DNA from: Polyangiales bacterium
GTDB lineage: Bacteria; Myxococcota_A; Polyangia; Polyangiales; Ga0077539
Direction of reading: 5' to 3'
Assembly: GCA_044229975.1 (NCBI GenBank)
Contig: JBGARZ010000003.1
Coordinates: forward strand, 1-64,000
Length of the DNA: 64,000 nucleotides
The notes under the pieces are model-generated. The model was not told the origin of the DNA. It worked only from the letters and a program-made list of their open reading frames with translations, and searched no databases. Positions within the stretch are counted from its first letter, which is position 1. Each line of letters begins with the position of its first letter. The translations under genes were made by a program, and so were the position numbers. Positions 27,981 to 39,008 of the stretch are shown here, piece by piece.

Positions 27981-30626
27981 GTGAAGAGTCCCGTCAAGTT
28001 CGGGAAGTACTACCTGCTTGAGCGCATCAGCGTCGGCGGGATGGCCGAGGTGTTCAAGGCCAAGTCGTTTGGTGAGGCGGGCTTTGAGCGGCTCGTAGCC
28101 CTCAAGCGCATCCTCCCCTCCATCGCCGAGGATCAAGAGTTCATCGCGATGTTCGTCGACGAGGCGAAGCTCGCGGTGCAGCTCACGCACCCCAACATCG
28201 CGCAGATCTTCGAGCTCGGTAAGGTCGGCGACTCGTACTTCATCGCCCTCGAATACGTGGCCGGTAAGGACATGCGGGCCATCTTCGAGCGCGTGAAGAA
28301 GCGCTCGGAGCCGATCATGGTTCCGATGGCCTGCTACATGGTCATGAAGCTGTGCGAGGGCCTGGACTACGCGCACAACAAGAAGGACGCCGCGGGCCGG
28401 TCGCTCGAGCTGGTGCATCGCGACGTGTCCCCGCAGAACATCCTCATCTCCTACGACGGGGATGTGAAGCTCATCGACTTCGGCATCGCCAAGGCGGCGA
28501 GCAAGAGCTCGAAGACGCAGGCTGGCATCCTCAAGGGCAAGTTCGGGTACATGAGCCCGGAGCAGGTGCGCGGCCTCCAGGTCGACCGCCGCAGCGACGT
28601 GTTCGCGGTGGGCATCTGCCTCTACGAGCTGCTCACCAACGAGCGGCTCTTCGTCGGCGAGTCGGATTTCTCCACGCTGGAGAAGGTCCGCAACGTCGAG
28701 ATCATGCCGCCGACGACCTACAACAAGCGCATCCCCGACGAGCTCGAAGCCATCGTCCTCAAGGCGCTCGCGAAGCACCCCGAAGACCGCTACCGCAGCG
28801 CGATGGACCTGCACGACGACCTCCAGTCGTTCATGTACACGTCGGGCAATTTCTTCGCGCGCAAGGACCTCAGCGCCTACGTGCACAAGATCTTCGCCGA
28901 GGAGATCTCCCGCGAGCTCACCCGCGACGAGGAGTTCCGCAAGTTCGACTCGCACAAGGCCAACGACCTCGAAGAGCTCGAAGGCACCGCCGTCCTCTCG
29001 GCGCCGACCCCGCCCAACGGCTCCCCGAAGGGCGCGCCCGCGCCGCGCAACTCCGGCACGCCGCCTCCCCCGCCGCCTCCGCCCCGCGCTCCGCGTGGCA
29101 CCGTGATGGGCGTCGGTGGCCCCGCCGCGGCTGCGGCCGCCGCGGCGGTCGCACGCAGCTCGATGGTCACGCCGCCGTTGCCCGCACGCCCCGTTTCGGC
29201 GTCGGGCTCGGGGCCCGCCGTCGCGCCGCCGACGCTGCCCGGATCAGGCCCGAAGGTCGCGCCCGCCATGGCCGCCGTCGCGCCCGCCGAGATCCAGGAG
29301 ATGGACTGGGACGAGGAAGAGCTCGCGACGCAGATCTATGACCGCCCCGAAGGGGTCAAGATGCCGAGCTCGCCCCCGGCCATCCCGCGCAACAGCCGCA
29401 CCAACCCGGGTGCCAGCGCTGGTGCGAACGCCAACGCCAACGGCCGCACCACGGGCGTGCTCCCCGCGCTGCCCGCCCTGCCCGGCCGCGCGTCCTCGGT
29501 CCCCGTTGTGCCTGCGGCGTCGGCCGTCGCTGCCCCGCCGCTGCCATCGACCACGCTCCAGGCCATCGCGCCGCCGGTCGTCAACGCAACCCCTGCGGTG
29601 GCCGCACCCGCCATCGCCGCACCCGCCATCGCCGCGCCGATGGCGATGCCCGCCGTCAACTCACCGCCCCTCTCGACGCCGCCTCCTTCACCCTCGCGCG
29701 TGCCTCCGCCGACCAACGGCAAGGACGCGTGGCGGATGGGCGGCGACCCGAAGTTCTCGCGCCCGCCGGCCGAGCCCGTCGCGCCTCGCCCGGAGCCGCG
29801 GCGCAACGAGGGAAGCTCCGTCGTGGTGCTGGCGCTCCTTGGTGTCGTGGCCGTCGCGGCGCTGGTCATCATCGGGCTGAAGCTCTTCCGCGGTGACCAC
29901 TCCGGCGGCCTGCTCATCACGACCAACGTCGGTGGTGTCGCGGTGCTCGTCGACAGCCAGCCGCTCGTCGGCAACGGCCAGCGCTTCGAGGTGCCGGAGC
30001 TCAGCGTCGAGCGGCTCCACCGGGTAGAAGTGCGCAAGCCCGGCTTCCGCCCCTTCACCCAGGAGGTGCCGGTGCGCGATGGGCAGATCACCCAGATGCA
30101 GGTCGAGCTCGAACCCGAGCTCACCGCAGCGGCCGTTCCTCCGCCGGTGCCGCCGATGCCCGAGACCAACCAGGCGGTGCTCCCCACGCCCACGCCCACG
30201 CCCACGCCCACGGGCCCTGGTCCGTCGCAGGTGGTGGTGCCCGCGCCCGTGGTGCCGACGGTCAACCCCGTCGTCCCGCCTGCACCGGCACCCGTCGTCG
30301 TCGCGACCGCACCGCGTGGTCCGCGACCGGTGGTGCGTCCGCGACCCGCGGTTCCGACGGGTCCGCGGCCCGTCGCTGTTGCTCCGACGCCCACGCCGAC
30401 GCCCGCTGCGGGCGGCACGGGTCGCCTGCGAATCTCCACCCGGCCGGCATCCACCTGCACCGTCGCCGGGCAGGGAGGGTCCTTCAGCACGCCCAGCATG
30501 CGCACCCTCCCCGCGGGCACCTACCGCGTCAGCTGCGTCAACGAAGAGCTCGCCGCGCGCGGCACCTTCAACGTGACGATCACGGCCGGCGGCACCGCCG
30601 ACTTCCTCAACCGCCCCCTGGAATAG
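27981..30626 (+). CDS. Membrane Ser/Thr protein kinase with PEGA domain
   Basis: GGMAEVF, VALK, HRDVSPQN, DFG, YMSPE; Pro-rich linker; TM helix; PEGA-like segment (HRVEVRKPGF); SD GAGGAG. Confidence 0.95.
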   Translation: MKSPVKFGKYYLLERISVGGMAEVFKAKSFGEAGFERLVALKRILPSIAEDQEFIAMFVDEAKLAVQLTHPNIAQIFELGKVGDSYFIALEYVAGKDMRAIFERVKKRSEPIMVPMACYMVMKLCEGLDYAHNKKDAAGRSLELVHRDVSPQNILISYDGDVKLIDFGIAKAASKSSKTQAGILKGKFGYMSPEQVRGLQVDRRSDVFAVGICLYELLTNERLFVGESDFSTLEKVRNVEIMPPTTYNKRIPDELEAIVLKALAKHPEDRYRSAMDLHDDLQSFMYTSGNFFARKDLSAYVHKIFAEEISRELTRDEEFRKFDSHKANDLEELEGTAVLSAPTPPNGSPKGAPAPRNSGTPPPPPPPPRAPRGTVMGVGGPAAAAAAAAVARSSMVTPPLPARPVSASGSGPAVAPPTLPGSGPKVAPAMAAVAPAEIQEMDWDEEELATQIYDRPEGVKMPSSPPAIPRNSRTNPGASAGANANANGRTTGVLPALPALPGRASSVPVVPAASAVAAPPLPSTTLQAIAPPVVNATPAVAAPAIAAPAIAAPMAMPAVNSPPLSTPPPSPSRVPPPTNGKDAWRMGGDPKFSRPPAEPVAPRPEPRRNEGSSVVVLALLGVVAVAALVIIGLKLFRGDHSGGLLITTNVGGVAVLVDSQPLVGNGQRFEVPELSVERLHRVEVRKPGFRPFTQEVPVRDGQITQMQVELEPELTAAAVPPPVPPMPETNQAVLPTPTPTPTPTGPGPSQVVVPAPVVPTVNPVVPPAPAPVVVATAPRGPRPVVRPRPAVPTGPRPVAVAPTPTPTPAAGGTGRLRISTRPASTCTVAGQGGSFSTPSMRTLPAGTYRVSCVNEELAARGTFNVTITAGGTADFLNRPLE
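30183..30212 (+). repeat. CCCACG x5 hexamer repeat (Pro-Thr linker)
   Basis: Five perfect copies within the kinase gene. Confidence 0.85.
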
Positions 30627-31451
30627 TCAGCGCCCCGCGCGGGGCCCGACGAACAAGTAGAGCTGCGTCGGCAGATAGGGGTACTCCCTCCGCCGCGCAG
30701 CCTCGATGGCCTGCATCTCTTCGAGGCCGCGGTCGTCGCTGGGGTGGGTGCGCTGTAGCTCCGCGAGGCGCTCCTGGATGCGCGCGCGGAAGTCGGCGTT
30801 TTCGACGTGCACGAGCCCATCGCGCAACGTCTCGATGGCCGCGCCGTAGCGCCCCGCCTCGGTCAGCAGCGACGCCGCGGTAAGCGAGATGAAGTCGGGC
30901 CCTGCGCCGAGGGCCGAGCACCGACGGAAGTGCTCCGCCGCGTCTGCCCTCGCCCGTCGCCGTTCGTCGCTGTCGCGAGGCAGCCGCGGCCCGAGTTCGA
31001 ACGCCAGGGCAGCACCGCGCTGGAAGTGCAGCTCGCCGTCTTCGGGGAAGATCCGCAGGGCGTCGGCGAGGTGGGCGGCTGCGCTGCGGATGTCCTCGAC
31101 GGGTACCTCTCCTGGCCGCATGACGAGCGCCACCGCGGCCCAGAGGTACGCCTCGCGGAAGCGCGGATCGAGGTCGAGCATCACGGAGGCGTAGCGGTCG
31201 ACGTAGCGGCCCGGGTTACGCGCCGAGAGGGACTCGCCGTAGTAGAGGAGCCCGTTGATCCACAGCACGTCGGCGACCCACTCGACGTGGCCGAGCGAGA
31301 CCACGCGGGCCACCGTGGTGGTGGGAATCTGCGCGGTGTCGAGCACCCTCCGGCTCGCGTCGTACTGGCGGTTGAGCGTACCCCGCAGCGGCGCGACGCC
31401 GAGCGCGCCGACGACCATCACCAGCGCGCCGACGACAGAGCTTCGTTGCAT
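30627..31451 (-). CDS. Myxococcus-type PilG-like pilus accessory protein (TPR-like)
   Basis: N-terminal TM; ADVLW ... LDPRFREAY motif; immediately downstream of pilA, as in deltaproteobacterial pil loci. Confidence 0.65.
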   Translation of the reverse strand: MQRSSVVGALVMVVGALGVAPLRGTLNRQYDASRRVLDTAQIPTTTVARVVSLGHVEWVADVLWINGLLYYGESLSARNPGRYVDRYASVMLDLDPRFREAYLWAAVALVMRPGEVPVEDIRSAAAHLADALRIFPEDGELHFQRGAALAFELGPRLPRDSDERRRARADAAEHFRRCSALGAGPDFISLTAASLLTEAGRYGAAIETLRDGLVHVENADFRARIQERLAELQRTHPSDDRGLEEMQAIEAARRREYPYLPTQLYLFVGPRAGR

Positions 31452-31475
31452 GGGTGGGGCAGCGTGAGGCGCGGA

Positions 31476-32051
31476 CTACTCGGTCTCGTTGACCACCCGG
31501 ATGGTGTTGGTGTTGCCCGAGAAGATGCCGAAGGTGGAGCGGGTGTTGTCGCCATCGAGATCACCGTAGGCCTCGGCGACGTACCAGAGGTCCTGGTTGG
31601 GGCCGCTCGACCAGCCGGCGTCGTAGGGAGAAGGCGGCGAGGTCGGAGGCGCGCCCACGACCACGAGGTAGCGATAGCGGACGTCGCTCGTGGGGCGGAA
31701 CCCGAGCTGGAGCCATTCCTGGGGCATGCCCGTGACGTAGAACGGCACGCGAGCGGCCGTGGGAGTGGCAGCGGGCCAGGCGTTGCTGAGGCCGAGCGCG
31801 GTGGGCGTACCCATCACGCCCGCGGCGCAGTACGACCCGAACTCCGAGCGGTACGCCTCTTCGCGCGCGGCGATGGCGGCGAGCATGGTGCGCGCTTCGG
31901 ACGAGCGACTGCGGCGGATGTACGCGCCGTACGAGAACAGCCCGACGCCTGCCAGCACGCCGATGATGACCACCACCATCATGAGCTCGATCAGGGTCAT
32001 GCCGGCGCGGGCCCAGCGCAGAACGCGCGGTCGTCGGGGGGTCGTGGTCAT
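31476..32051 (-). CDS. pilA: Type IVa pilin
   Basis: Prepilin site G|MTLIELMMVVVIIGVLA with Glu5; SD GGAGG; GDLDGD C-terminal motif; downstream of pilR. Confidence 0.88.
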   Translation of the reverse strand: MTTTPRRPRVLRWARAGMTLIELMMVVVIIGVLAGVGLFSYGAYIRRSRSSEARTMLAAIAAREEAYRSEFGSYCAAGVMGTPTALGLSNAWPAATPTAARVPFYVTGMPQEWLQLGFRPTSDVRYRYLVVVGAPPTSPPSPYDAGWSSGPNQDLWYVAEAYGDLDGDNTRSTFGIFSGNTNTIRVVNETE

Positions 32052-32095
32052 TGGCGTGATCCTCCGTGAGCGGTGGTCGAGGCGACGACCGTCAG

Positions 32096-32111
32096 TGCAC
32101 GGACGATACCG
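32096..32111 (-). promoter_or_regulatory. Putative sigma54 promoter of pilA
   Basis: Minus strand CGGTATCGTCCGTGCA = GG-N10-GC, between a sigma54 activator gene and the pilin gene. Confidence 0.65.
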
Positions 32112-32153
32112 CGGGACAACCCTGGCGCGTAAGGGGAGAAGGCGTCGGTCGGC

Positions 32154-33608
32154 TCAGCGACGATGACGCGGATCGTCGCCCTCGTCGCCGTCGACGTCAC
32201 CCGGGTTGGAGTCGCCCGCGGCCATCCCGAGCTTGTGGAGGCGGTAGCGAAACGACCGGAACGTCAGCCCGAGGTGCGTCGCCGCGTGGGTGCGAACGCC
32301 CTTGGCGCGCTCCAGCGCCTGCCGGATGAGGCTGCGCTCGATGTCATCGAGGGTCGCCTCCAGTTGAAGCCCTTCGGGGGGAAGGAGCAGCTCGCCCGGC
32401 CGAGCGCCGTGGGCGGCGCCAAGCACCTCGGGGGGAAGGTCGTCGCGGATGATGGTGGGCCCCTGCGAGAGCGCGACCGAGCGCTCGACGGCGTTTTCCA
32501 CCTCGCGAACGTTGCCGGGCCACTGGTGGGCGAGCATCAGACGCAGGGCCTCCTGGGAGAAGCTCACCAGCGGGCGACCGCTCTCGGCGGCGAAGCGCGC
32601 GCGGAAGTGCTCGATGAGCGCGGGGAGGTCTTCGCGACGGTCGCGCAGCGGCGGCAGGTGGAGCCGGAGCACGTTGAGGCGGTAGTAGAGGTCTTCGCGG
32701 AAGAGCTTCTCCTTCACCATCTGAGCGAGGTCGCGGTTGGTCGCCGCCACGATGCGCGTGTCGACGGGGATCTCCATCGTTCCGCCGACGGGGCGCACCT
32801 TCCGCTCTTGCAGCGCGCGCAGGAGCTTCACCTGGGCGGGCAGCGGAATCTCGCCGACCTCGTCGAGGAAGAGGGTTCCGCCGTCGGCCTGGCGAAACAT
32901 CCCGAGGCCCTTGTTGGTCGCGCCCGTGTAGGCGCCCTTCTCGTGGCCGAAGAGCTCGGCTTCGACGAGCTCACCGGGGAGCGCGCCGCAGTTGACCACC
33001 ACGAAGGGTCCCGTGCTCCGATCGCTGCCGGTGTGGATGGCGCGCGCGAAGAGTTCTTTGCCGGTGCCGCTCTCGCCCGTGATGAGCACGCTCGCGCGGT
33101 TGGGCGCGGCCCTCCTCACGAACTCCATCGCCGTCTGGAAGGGCGCGCTCCGCCCGATGAGCGAGCCGCTGGCACCGTCTGGCGTGAGCCCCTTGGTGAT
33201 GATGCGAAGGGAGGTGTTGTCCTTGAGGATCGAGCGCTTCTCCAGCGCCTTCTCCACCTGCACCCTCGCCTCGCTCACGCTCAGGGGCTTCTCCAGGTAG
33301 CAGTAGGCGCCCCGTCGCATGGCGTCGACCGCGGTCTCCACCGAGCCGTGCGCGGTCACCACCATCACCTGCGTCTCGACAGAGTGCGCGCGCGCTTCAT
33401 CGAGCACGTCGAGCCCGGTGCCGTCGGCCATCATCAGGTCGGTGACCACGAGGTCGTATGGAGCCTGCGACGCGGCGATGCAGTCCTTCGCCTCGCGCAC
33501 GCCCGACGCGAGCTCGACGGTGTGCCCCATGCGACGGAGCAGGACGTCCATCATCTGCCGCAGCGACGCTTCATCGTCTACGACCAGGATTCGTGCGGGC
33601 GCGGTCAT
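32154..33608 (-). CDS. pilR: Sigma54-dependent response regulator, PilR-like
   Basis: Receiver ILVVDDE and VTDLMM; GESGTGKE; GAYTGA; FLDEVGE; HTH LGLTFRSFRYRL, typical of PilR; adjacent to pilA. Confidence 0.85.
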   Translation of the reverse strand: MTAPARILVVDDEASLRQMMDVLLRRMGHTVELASGVREAKDCIAASQAPYDLVVTDLMMADGTGLDVLDEARAHSVETQVMVVTAHGSVETAVDAMRRGAYCYLEKPLSVSEARVQVEKALEKRSILKDNTSLRIITKGLTPDGASGSLIGRSAPFQTAMEFVRRAAPNRASVLITGESGTGKELFARAIHTGSDRSTGPFVVVNCGALPGELVEAELFGHEKGAYTGATNKGLGMFRQADGGTLFLDEVGEIPLPAQVKLLRALQERKVRPVGGTMEIPVDTRIVAATNRDLAQMVKEKLFREDLYYRLNVLRLHLPPLRDRREDLPALIEHFRARFAAESGRPLVSFSQEALRLMLAHQWPGNVREVENAVERSVALSQGPTIIRDDLPPEVLGAAHGARPGELLLPPEGLQLEATLDDIERSLIRQALERAKGVRTHAATHLGLTFRSFRYRLHKLGMAAGDSNPGDVDGDEGDDPRHRR

Positions 33609-33667
33609 CGCGCGCGAGTGTACGCGATGCCCTCGCGGCGACGAAGCGATCCGTGCGGCGGGAAAGC

Positions 33668-34387
33668 TCAGCCGTCGCGGCGGAGCACGGCGACGAGGAA
33701 GCCGCCGAAGCGAGCGAGCGGAGAGCGCAACGCGAAGTGCTCGGCGCGGGTGAGCACCGGACCCACGACGGGAAGCGTGACGGCGCGCGCCGTGGGCGTG
33801 AACACCCGGACGCCGCGAAGGCCCACCAGCGATGTTCCGCGCGGCACCATCTCGCGCACGCGCTCGGGCGAGTCGAAGCGGGTGTAGACCGCGGCCTCGG
33901 TGCGGGTCTCGGAGACCTTGCCCGCGGGCCCGAAGCGCTTGACCAGATAGCGGAGGCTCTGCGGGTTGTAGAACTCCGCGAGGATGGTTCCGCCGGGGGC
34001 GCAGACGCGGGCCATCTCGGCGAGCGCGGTCTCGATCTCGGGCACGTGCGCCAGCACCTTGAACGAGTACACGACGTCGAAGCGCGCATCGTCGAAGGGC
34101 AGCTTCGTGGCGGGCGCCTCGTGCACGGTGAGCCCGCGCTCGCGGGCCTTCTCCAGCATGCCCGGCGAGAGGTCGATGCCGACGGCCTCGCTCGCCACGG
34201 CGGCGACCCGTTCGAGGATGAGCCCGGTGCCGCAGCCGACCTCCAGGCACCGCTTGCCGCGGGCGTACGGCTCGGTGAGGTCGAACTCCAGGTCGTCGAT
34301 CATCCCGTGGTAGCCGCGGCCGCGCTCGCGCTCGTACCAGCGGCTGAAGTCGTCGTAGTAGGCGCGGGTGGCTTCGTCGCGGCTCAT
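33668..34387 (-). CDS. Class I SAM-dependent methyltransferase
   Basis: LEVGCGTG, GIDLSPGML, LPFDDARFDVV. Confidence 0.92.
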   Translation of the reverse strand: MSRDEATRAYYDDFSRWYERERGRGYHGMIDDLEFDLTEPYARGKRCLEVGCGTGLILERVAAVASEAVGIDLSPGMLEKARERGLTVHEAPATKLPFDDARFDVVYSFKVLAHVPEIETALAEMARVCAPGGTILAEFYNPQSLRYLVKRFGPAGKVSETRTEAAVYTRFDSPERVREMVPRGTSLVGLRGVRVFTPTARAVTLPVVGPVLTRAEHFALRSPLARFGGFLVAVLRRDG

Positions 34388-34430
34388 ATGGGCGTCGCCT
34401 CTATCACGGACTTCCCGTGACGGGGAGGCG

Positions 34431-35516
34431 TCACCCGCGGGGAGCGAGCACCCGGTCGTACACCTGCTCGTGTGCGGCGGCGACGACCGAGGGGTGGCAC
34501 GTCGCGGCCACCCACTGCCCGCCGGCCGTCGCCATGGCGGCGCGGGTCGCGGGCGCATCGACGAGCGAGCGCACCTGCGTGAAGAGGGCCGCCGGGTCAC
34601 CGGGCGCCAGGGCGACGGCACCGCCCGAGGGCATGATCTCGACGGCCGCCGTGTTGGACGAGACCACCACCGGAACACCCAGCGCGAGGGACTCCAGCAG
34701 CACCAGGGGGAGGTCCATCTTGGCGTGGAGGGTGTCGACGACGAGGGTCGTGAGCGCGGCGCCCGCGACGACGGCGTGGATGTCGGTGAGTTCGCCGAGG
34801 AAGCGCACCTTCGCGCGACGCGACCCGGCCAGCGCCGTGAGCGTGGCGAGGGCCCCCTGGGCGCGGGCGGTCTTGGGGCGCGCCGCAATGACCCAGGTGA
34901 GCGCGCCGTCGTCGAGGGCCGCGGCCTCGATGAAGGTGCGAGCGCCGTCGGAGTGTTCGAGGTCGCCGGGGTAGAGGACGTACGGACCGATGAGGTCATG
35001 CTTCGCGCGAGCTGCCTCGATGGCGGCGGGGCTCACGCTCACGGGCGCCAGTGCCGGAGGGATGACCGTCGCGTGCACACCGACGCCCGCGAGACGACGC
35101 GCGGAGTGTTGGCTCAATGCGATGACGGCGTCGGCGAAGAGCAGCGGGGCGACACGTTCGAGGTCGTCGGGGGCGCTCGCGATGGTGTGCACCGTCGGAA
35201 TGCGACGCGTGGCGCGCGCGACGGAACCGGCGCGGAGGGTCAGCGGGTTGGGCGCGAAGAAGAAGTGCCAGAGGTCGACGGACGGGCCCGCGACGAGGCG
35301 CGCGAGCACGCGGGCGTTGGCGAGGCGGCTCGGCGCATAGGCCCCGGCGGCGGTGTAGATCTCCTCGCAGACCACGCCGGGGAGGCGGGCGCCTGCGGGG
35401 ACCATCACCCGAGGGCGGTAGCGCACGAGGGCGGTCGCGAGGTCGCGCACGAGGTTCTTGTTGGAGTCGGTCCACGGGGGGGCGATGGGCTTGGAGACGA
35501 GGAGCACGTCGCGCAT
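34431..35516 (-). CDS. Glycosyltransferase family 4
   Basis: PLVLLESLALGVPVV (GT4 E-x7-E-type region), VRFLGE. Confidence 0.88.
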   Translation of the reverse strand: MRDVLLVSKPIAPPWTDSNKNLVRDLATALVRYRPRVMVPAGARLPGVVCEEIYTAAGAYAPSRLANARVLARLVAGPSVDLWHFFFAPNPLTLRAGSVARATRRIPTVHTIASAPDDLERVAPLLFADAVIALSQHSARRLAGVGVHATVIPPALAPVSVSPAAIEAARAKHDLIGPYVLYPGDLEHSDGARTFIEAAALDDGALTWVIAARPKTARAQGALATLTALAGSRRAKVRFLGELTDIHAVVAGAALTTLVVDTLHAKMDLPLVLLESLALGVPVVVSSNTAAVEIMPSGGAVALAPGDPAALFTQVRSLVDAPATRAAMATAGGQWVAATCHPSVVAAAHEQVYDRVLAPRG

Positions 35517-35598
35517 GGCAGGACAGCGGCGGTAGCACAGAACGCGCGCTCGTTGACGCCCGGGAGGCGTGGCTCGTACGGTCCGCGGGAAGAAGCCA

Positions 35599-36045
35599 AT
35601 GGACGACAAGAAGCCAGAGCCCGAGGGCACCGAGTCGGAGCGGGCCAGCATCCTCGAACGCTTCGTGAAGAAGGGCATCGAGTCGGGCATCGGCGCCATC
35701 AGCCGGAGCGAGGACACGGTGCGGTCGTTCGTGGAGAAGACCCGGCTCCCCAAGGAGGTCGCGCACGCGCTCCTCGACCAGGTCGACGAGACCAAGAAGG
35801 GGATCTACTCGGTCGTCGCCAAGGAGATTCGCGACTTCTTGACGAGCACCAGCTTCGCCTCGGACATGAAGAAGGTGCTCACGGGCCTCGCCTTCGAGGT
35901 GAAGATGGAGGTGCGCTTCAAGAGCGTGGAGGACGAAGCCGGCGAGGCGACGGTGCGCCCCGACGTGCAGGCCCGCACGCGCATCAAGAGCACCCGCAAG
36001 CCCGCGCCCCCGGCCGACGAGGGCGGCGGCGAAGGCGACGCGTAG
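35599..36045 (+). CDS. Hypothetical amphipathic-helix protein
   Basis: Natural composition (LPKEVAHALLDQVDETK ... VVAKEIRDFL); fills the gap between flanking genes. Confidence 0.8.
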   Translation: MDDKKPEPEGTESERASILERFVKKGIESGIGAISRSEDTVRSFVEKTRLPKEVAHALLDQVDETKKGIYSVVAKEIRDFLTSTSFASDMKKVLTGLAFEVKMEVRFKSVEDEAGEATVRPDVQARTRIKSTRKPAPPADEGGGEGDA

Positions 36046-37239
36046 TCAGCTCACGAAGGCTTCGAGGTCGCCCAGGCTGACCCGCGCCGACAGAAGCCCG
36101 AACGACACCTTCGCCCCGCGAACGTCGCGCTCGACGATGGCGCCGATCTTCCCGGCGAAGGGGCCCGCGGTGACCTTCACCCGCGCGCCTGGCGTGAGCG
36201 CGGCTTCGGGGTTCACGACGACCGGCGCAGGAGCCGCGACGACCACAGGCGCGGGACGAGGTGCGGCGGGCTTCGGTGCGGGACGCGGCTCGGGTCGCGA
36301 CTCCACGGGGGCGACCACCGCAGCGGGACGCACGAAGGCGGGGCGCGGGCGATCGAGCGCGGCGAGGCGCTCGCGGGTCTCGGTCGCGGCGGCGTCGCGC
36401 CGGAGGGCGATCTCGGCGTCGTGCTGCGTCTGCCACGCGGCGTCGCGCGCGGCGGCCTCCTGGGCGTGGGCGGCGCGCTCGGCCTGGGCGTGGGCGATGG
36501 CCCCGTCGACGGCGATGAGGTCGTTGTCGCGCGACCACGCGACCAGCCGGTAGATGGGAACGAGCGCGCGGAAGGCTTCGAGCATCGGCTCTTCCAGCGC
36601 GCCGCCCTGATCGAGCACCACCGCGCGGGGCAGCGGCCACCCGACGGACCACCACTGCGACGGCTGCGACCAGGCCGCGAGCGCCTCGTCGAAGGTCGCG
36701 TCGGTCACGTCGCGCACCGAGAGTCGCGCGCCATCGGTCACACCGAGCACGAAGTCTTCGGGCAGCGCGCGGATGGCCTCGACCAGGGCAGCGCGGCCCT
36801 CGGTGGAGGCGGCGCGAGCGCGGAGGTTCTTCGCGTCGACCCAGGCGTCACCGTGGACGCGCAGCGAGACCTCGACCCCGTCGGCGTCGACGTGCAGCGC
36901 GAGGAAGGCGTGGCGGAAGAACGGCGTCGGATCGGTGAGCGTCTCCTTCAGCGAGCGACCGCCTTCGAGCAGCCCTTCGAGCTCGCGGCGCGCGTCGGCG
37001 TCGCGCCACAGAAACACCCACTGCGCCGTGACAGAGCGCTTGTTCCAGAGGGAGGGGTGCTCGTCGCTGGCACGCAGTTCGAGAGCAAGACCGAGCGCCT
37101 TCGCGTCGGCCTGCATCACGCGGCCGAGCGTCATGGCCTTCTCCCGCGCTTCGAGGCGCGGGCGGTTGGAGGCGTTGGAGCTGGCCTTTGGCGGCGCGTA
37201 GGCGTCGAACTCCGACGCGCTGAAACCCTGGAAACTCAC
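36046..37239 (-). CDS. YktB/DUF1054-like N-terminal domain + coiled coil + C-terminal NusG-type KOW domain
   Basis: SD GGAG before GTG; N-terminus [14 protein letters not shown]-terminus [19 protein letters not shown] ... VSFG. Confidence 0.75.
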   Translation of the reverse strand: MSFQGFSASEFDAYAPPKASSNASNRPRLEAREKAMTLGRVMQADAKALGLALELRASDEHPSLWNKRSVTAQWVFLWRDADARRELEGLLEGGRSLKETLTDPTPFFRHAFLALHVDADGVEVSLRVHGDAWVDAKNLRARAASTEGRAALVEAIRALPEDFVLGVTDGARLSVRDVTDATFDEALAAWSQPSQWWSVGWPLPRAVVLDQGGALEEPMLEAFRALVPIYRLVAWSRDNDLIAVDGAIAHAQAERAAHAQEAAARDAAWQTQHDAEIALRRDAAATETRERLAALDRPRPAFVRPAAVVAPVESRPEPRPAPKPAAPRPAPVVVAAPAPVVVNPEAALTPGARVKVTAGPFAGKIGAIVERDVRGAKVSFGLLSARVSLGDLEAFVS

Positions 37240-37336
37240 GGCGTATCTCCTGGCGCGCGAAGATACGCGCCGCGCTGCACAGGTCAACGCGTTCGTCGGT
37301 TGCCGCGCGCGTCGGCACTCCCCTACGCTCCGCGAC

Positions 37337-39004
<1,668 letters not shown>

Positions 39005-39008
39005 TGCG

